From NCBI GenBank assembly GCA_030390025.1, contig CM059440.1, forward strand, positions 23,808,001 to 23,872,000: a stretch of 64,000 bases of DNA. The letters are read 5' to 3'. The number at the start of each line of letters is the position of its first letter. Position 1 is the first letter of the stretch. Shown one piece after another: positions 63,746 to 64,000 of the stretch. This DNA comes from Squalus acanthias. Its lineage: Eukaryota. The translations under genes were made by a program, and so were the position numbers. The notes under the pieces were generated by a model. That model saw only the letters and a program-made list of their open reading frames with translations. It had not been told where the DNA came from and made no database searches.

Positions 63746-64000
63746 AGAAAAGGGAGGGAAAGGGGATCGAATACATCATGTTGGAGGATGGGACAAAGAG
63801 TAGAAATTAGTTTTCTAAACAAATCAGTTACTAGCTAAAAGGAATTGGAAAATATAATGCACGCACAATAATCTCACATCAGCTGTCACCTCACACTGCC
63901 ATGAGCAGACCTCTCAATTTTAGAGAACAGAATTACTAAGAGTTTCAGATTTTAAATTCAATATTTATTTTGTGAAATATGCTCAACATTTTCAAGATGC

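Overview
Vertebrate genomic DNA, most likely from a cartilaginous fish (shark), judged from the repeat content: SacSINE1-like DeuSINEs, abundant CR1/L2 LINEs and Penelope fragments. The window carries the gene block TMCO4 (+, last coding exon only), HTR6 (-, complete 3-exon CDS, 439 aa), NBL1/DAN (-, complete 3-exon CDS plus a probable non-coding first exon in the CpG island near 47.2 kb) and MICOS10 (-, exons 2-4; exon 1 lies beyond the window). This is the same gene order and orientation as human 1p36.13. Introns and intergenic DNA hold CR1/L2 fragments, two tRNA-derived SINE families, PIF/Harbinger-like MITEs and several minisatellites, including a ~2.3-kb G-rich array. The most notable non-genic structure is a 550-bp internally deleted Penelope-like element at 41850-42399. 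It has two apparently identical 143-bp direct repeats, each containing a minimal type I hammerhead ribozyme, with predicted cleavage sites 407 nt apart (a retrozyme-like arrangement). An RE1/NRSE-like site lies in HTR6 intron 1. Gene and repeat names come from recognising the sequence by eye, not from database searches, and repeat boundaries are approximate.
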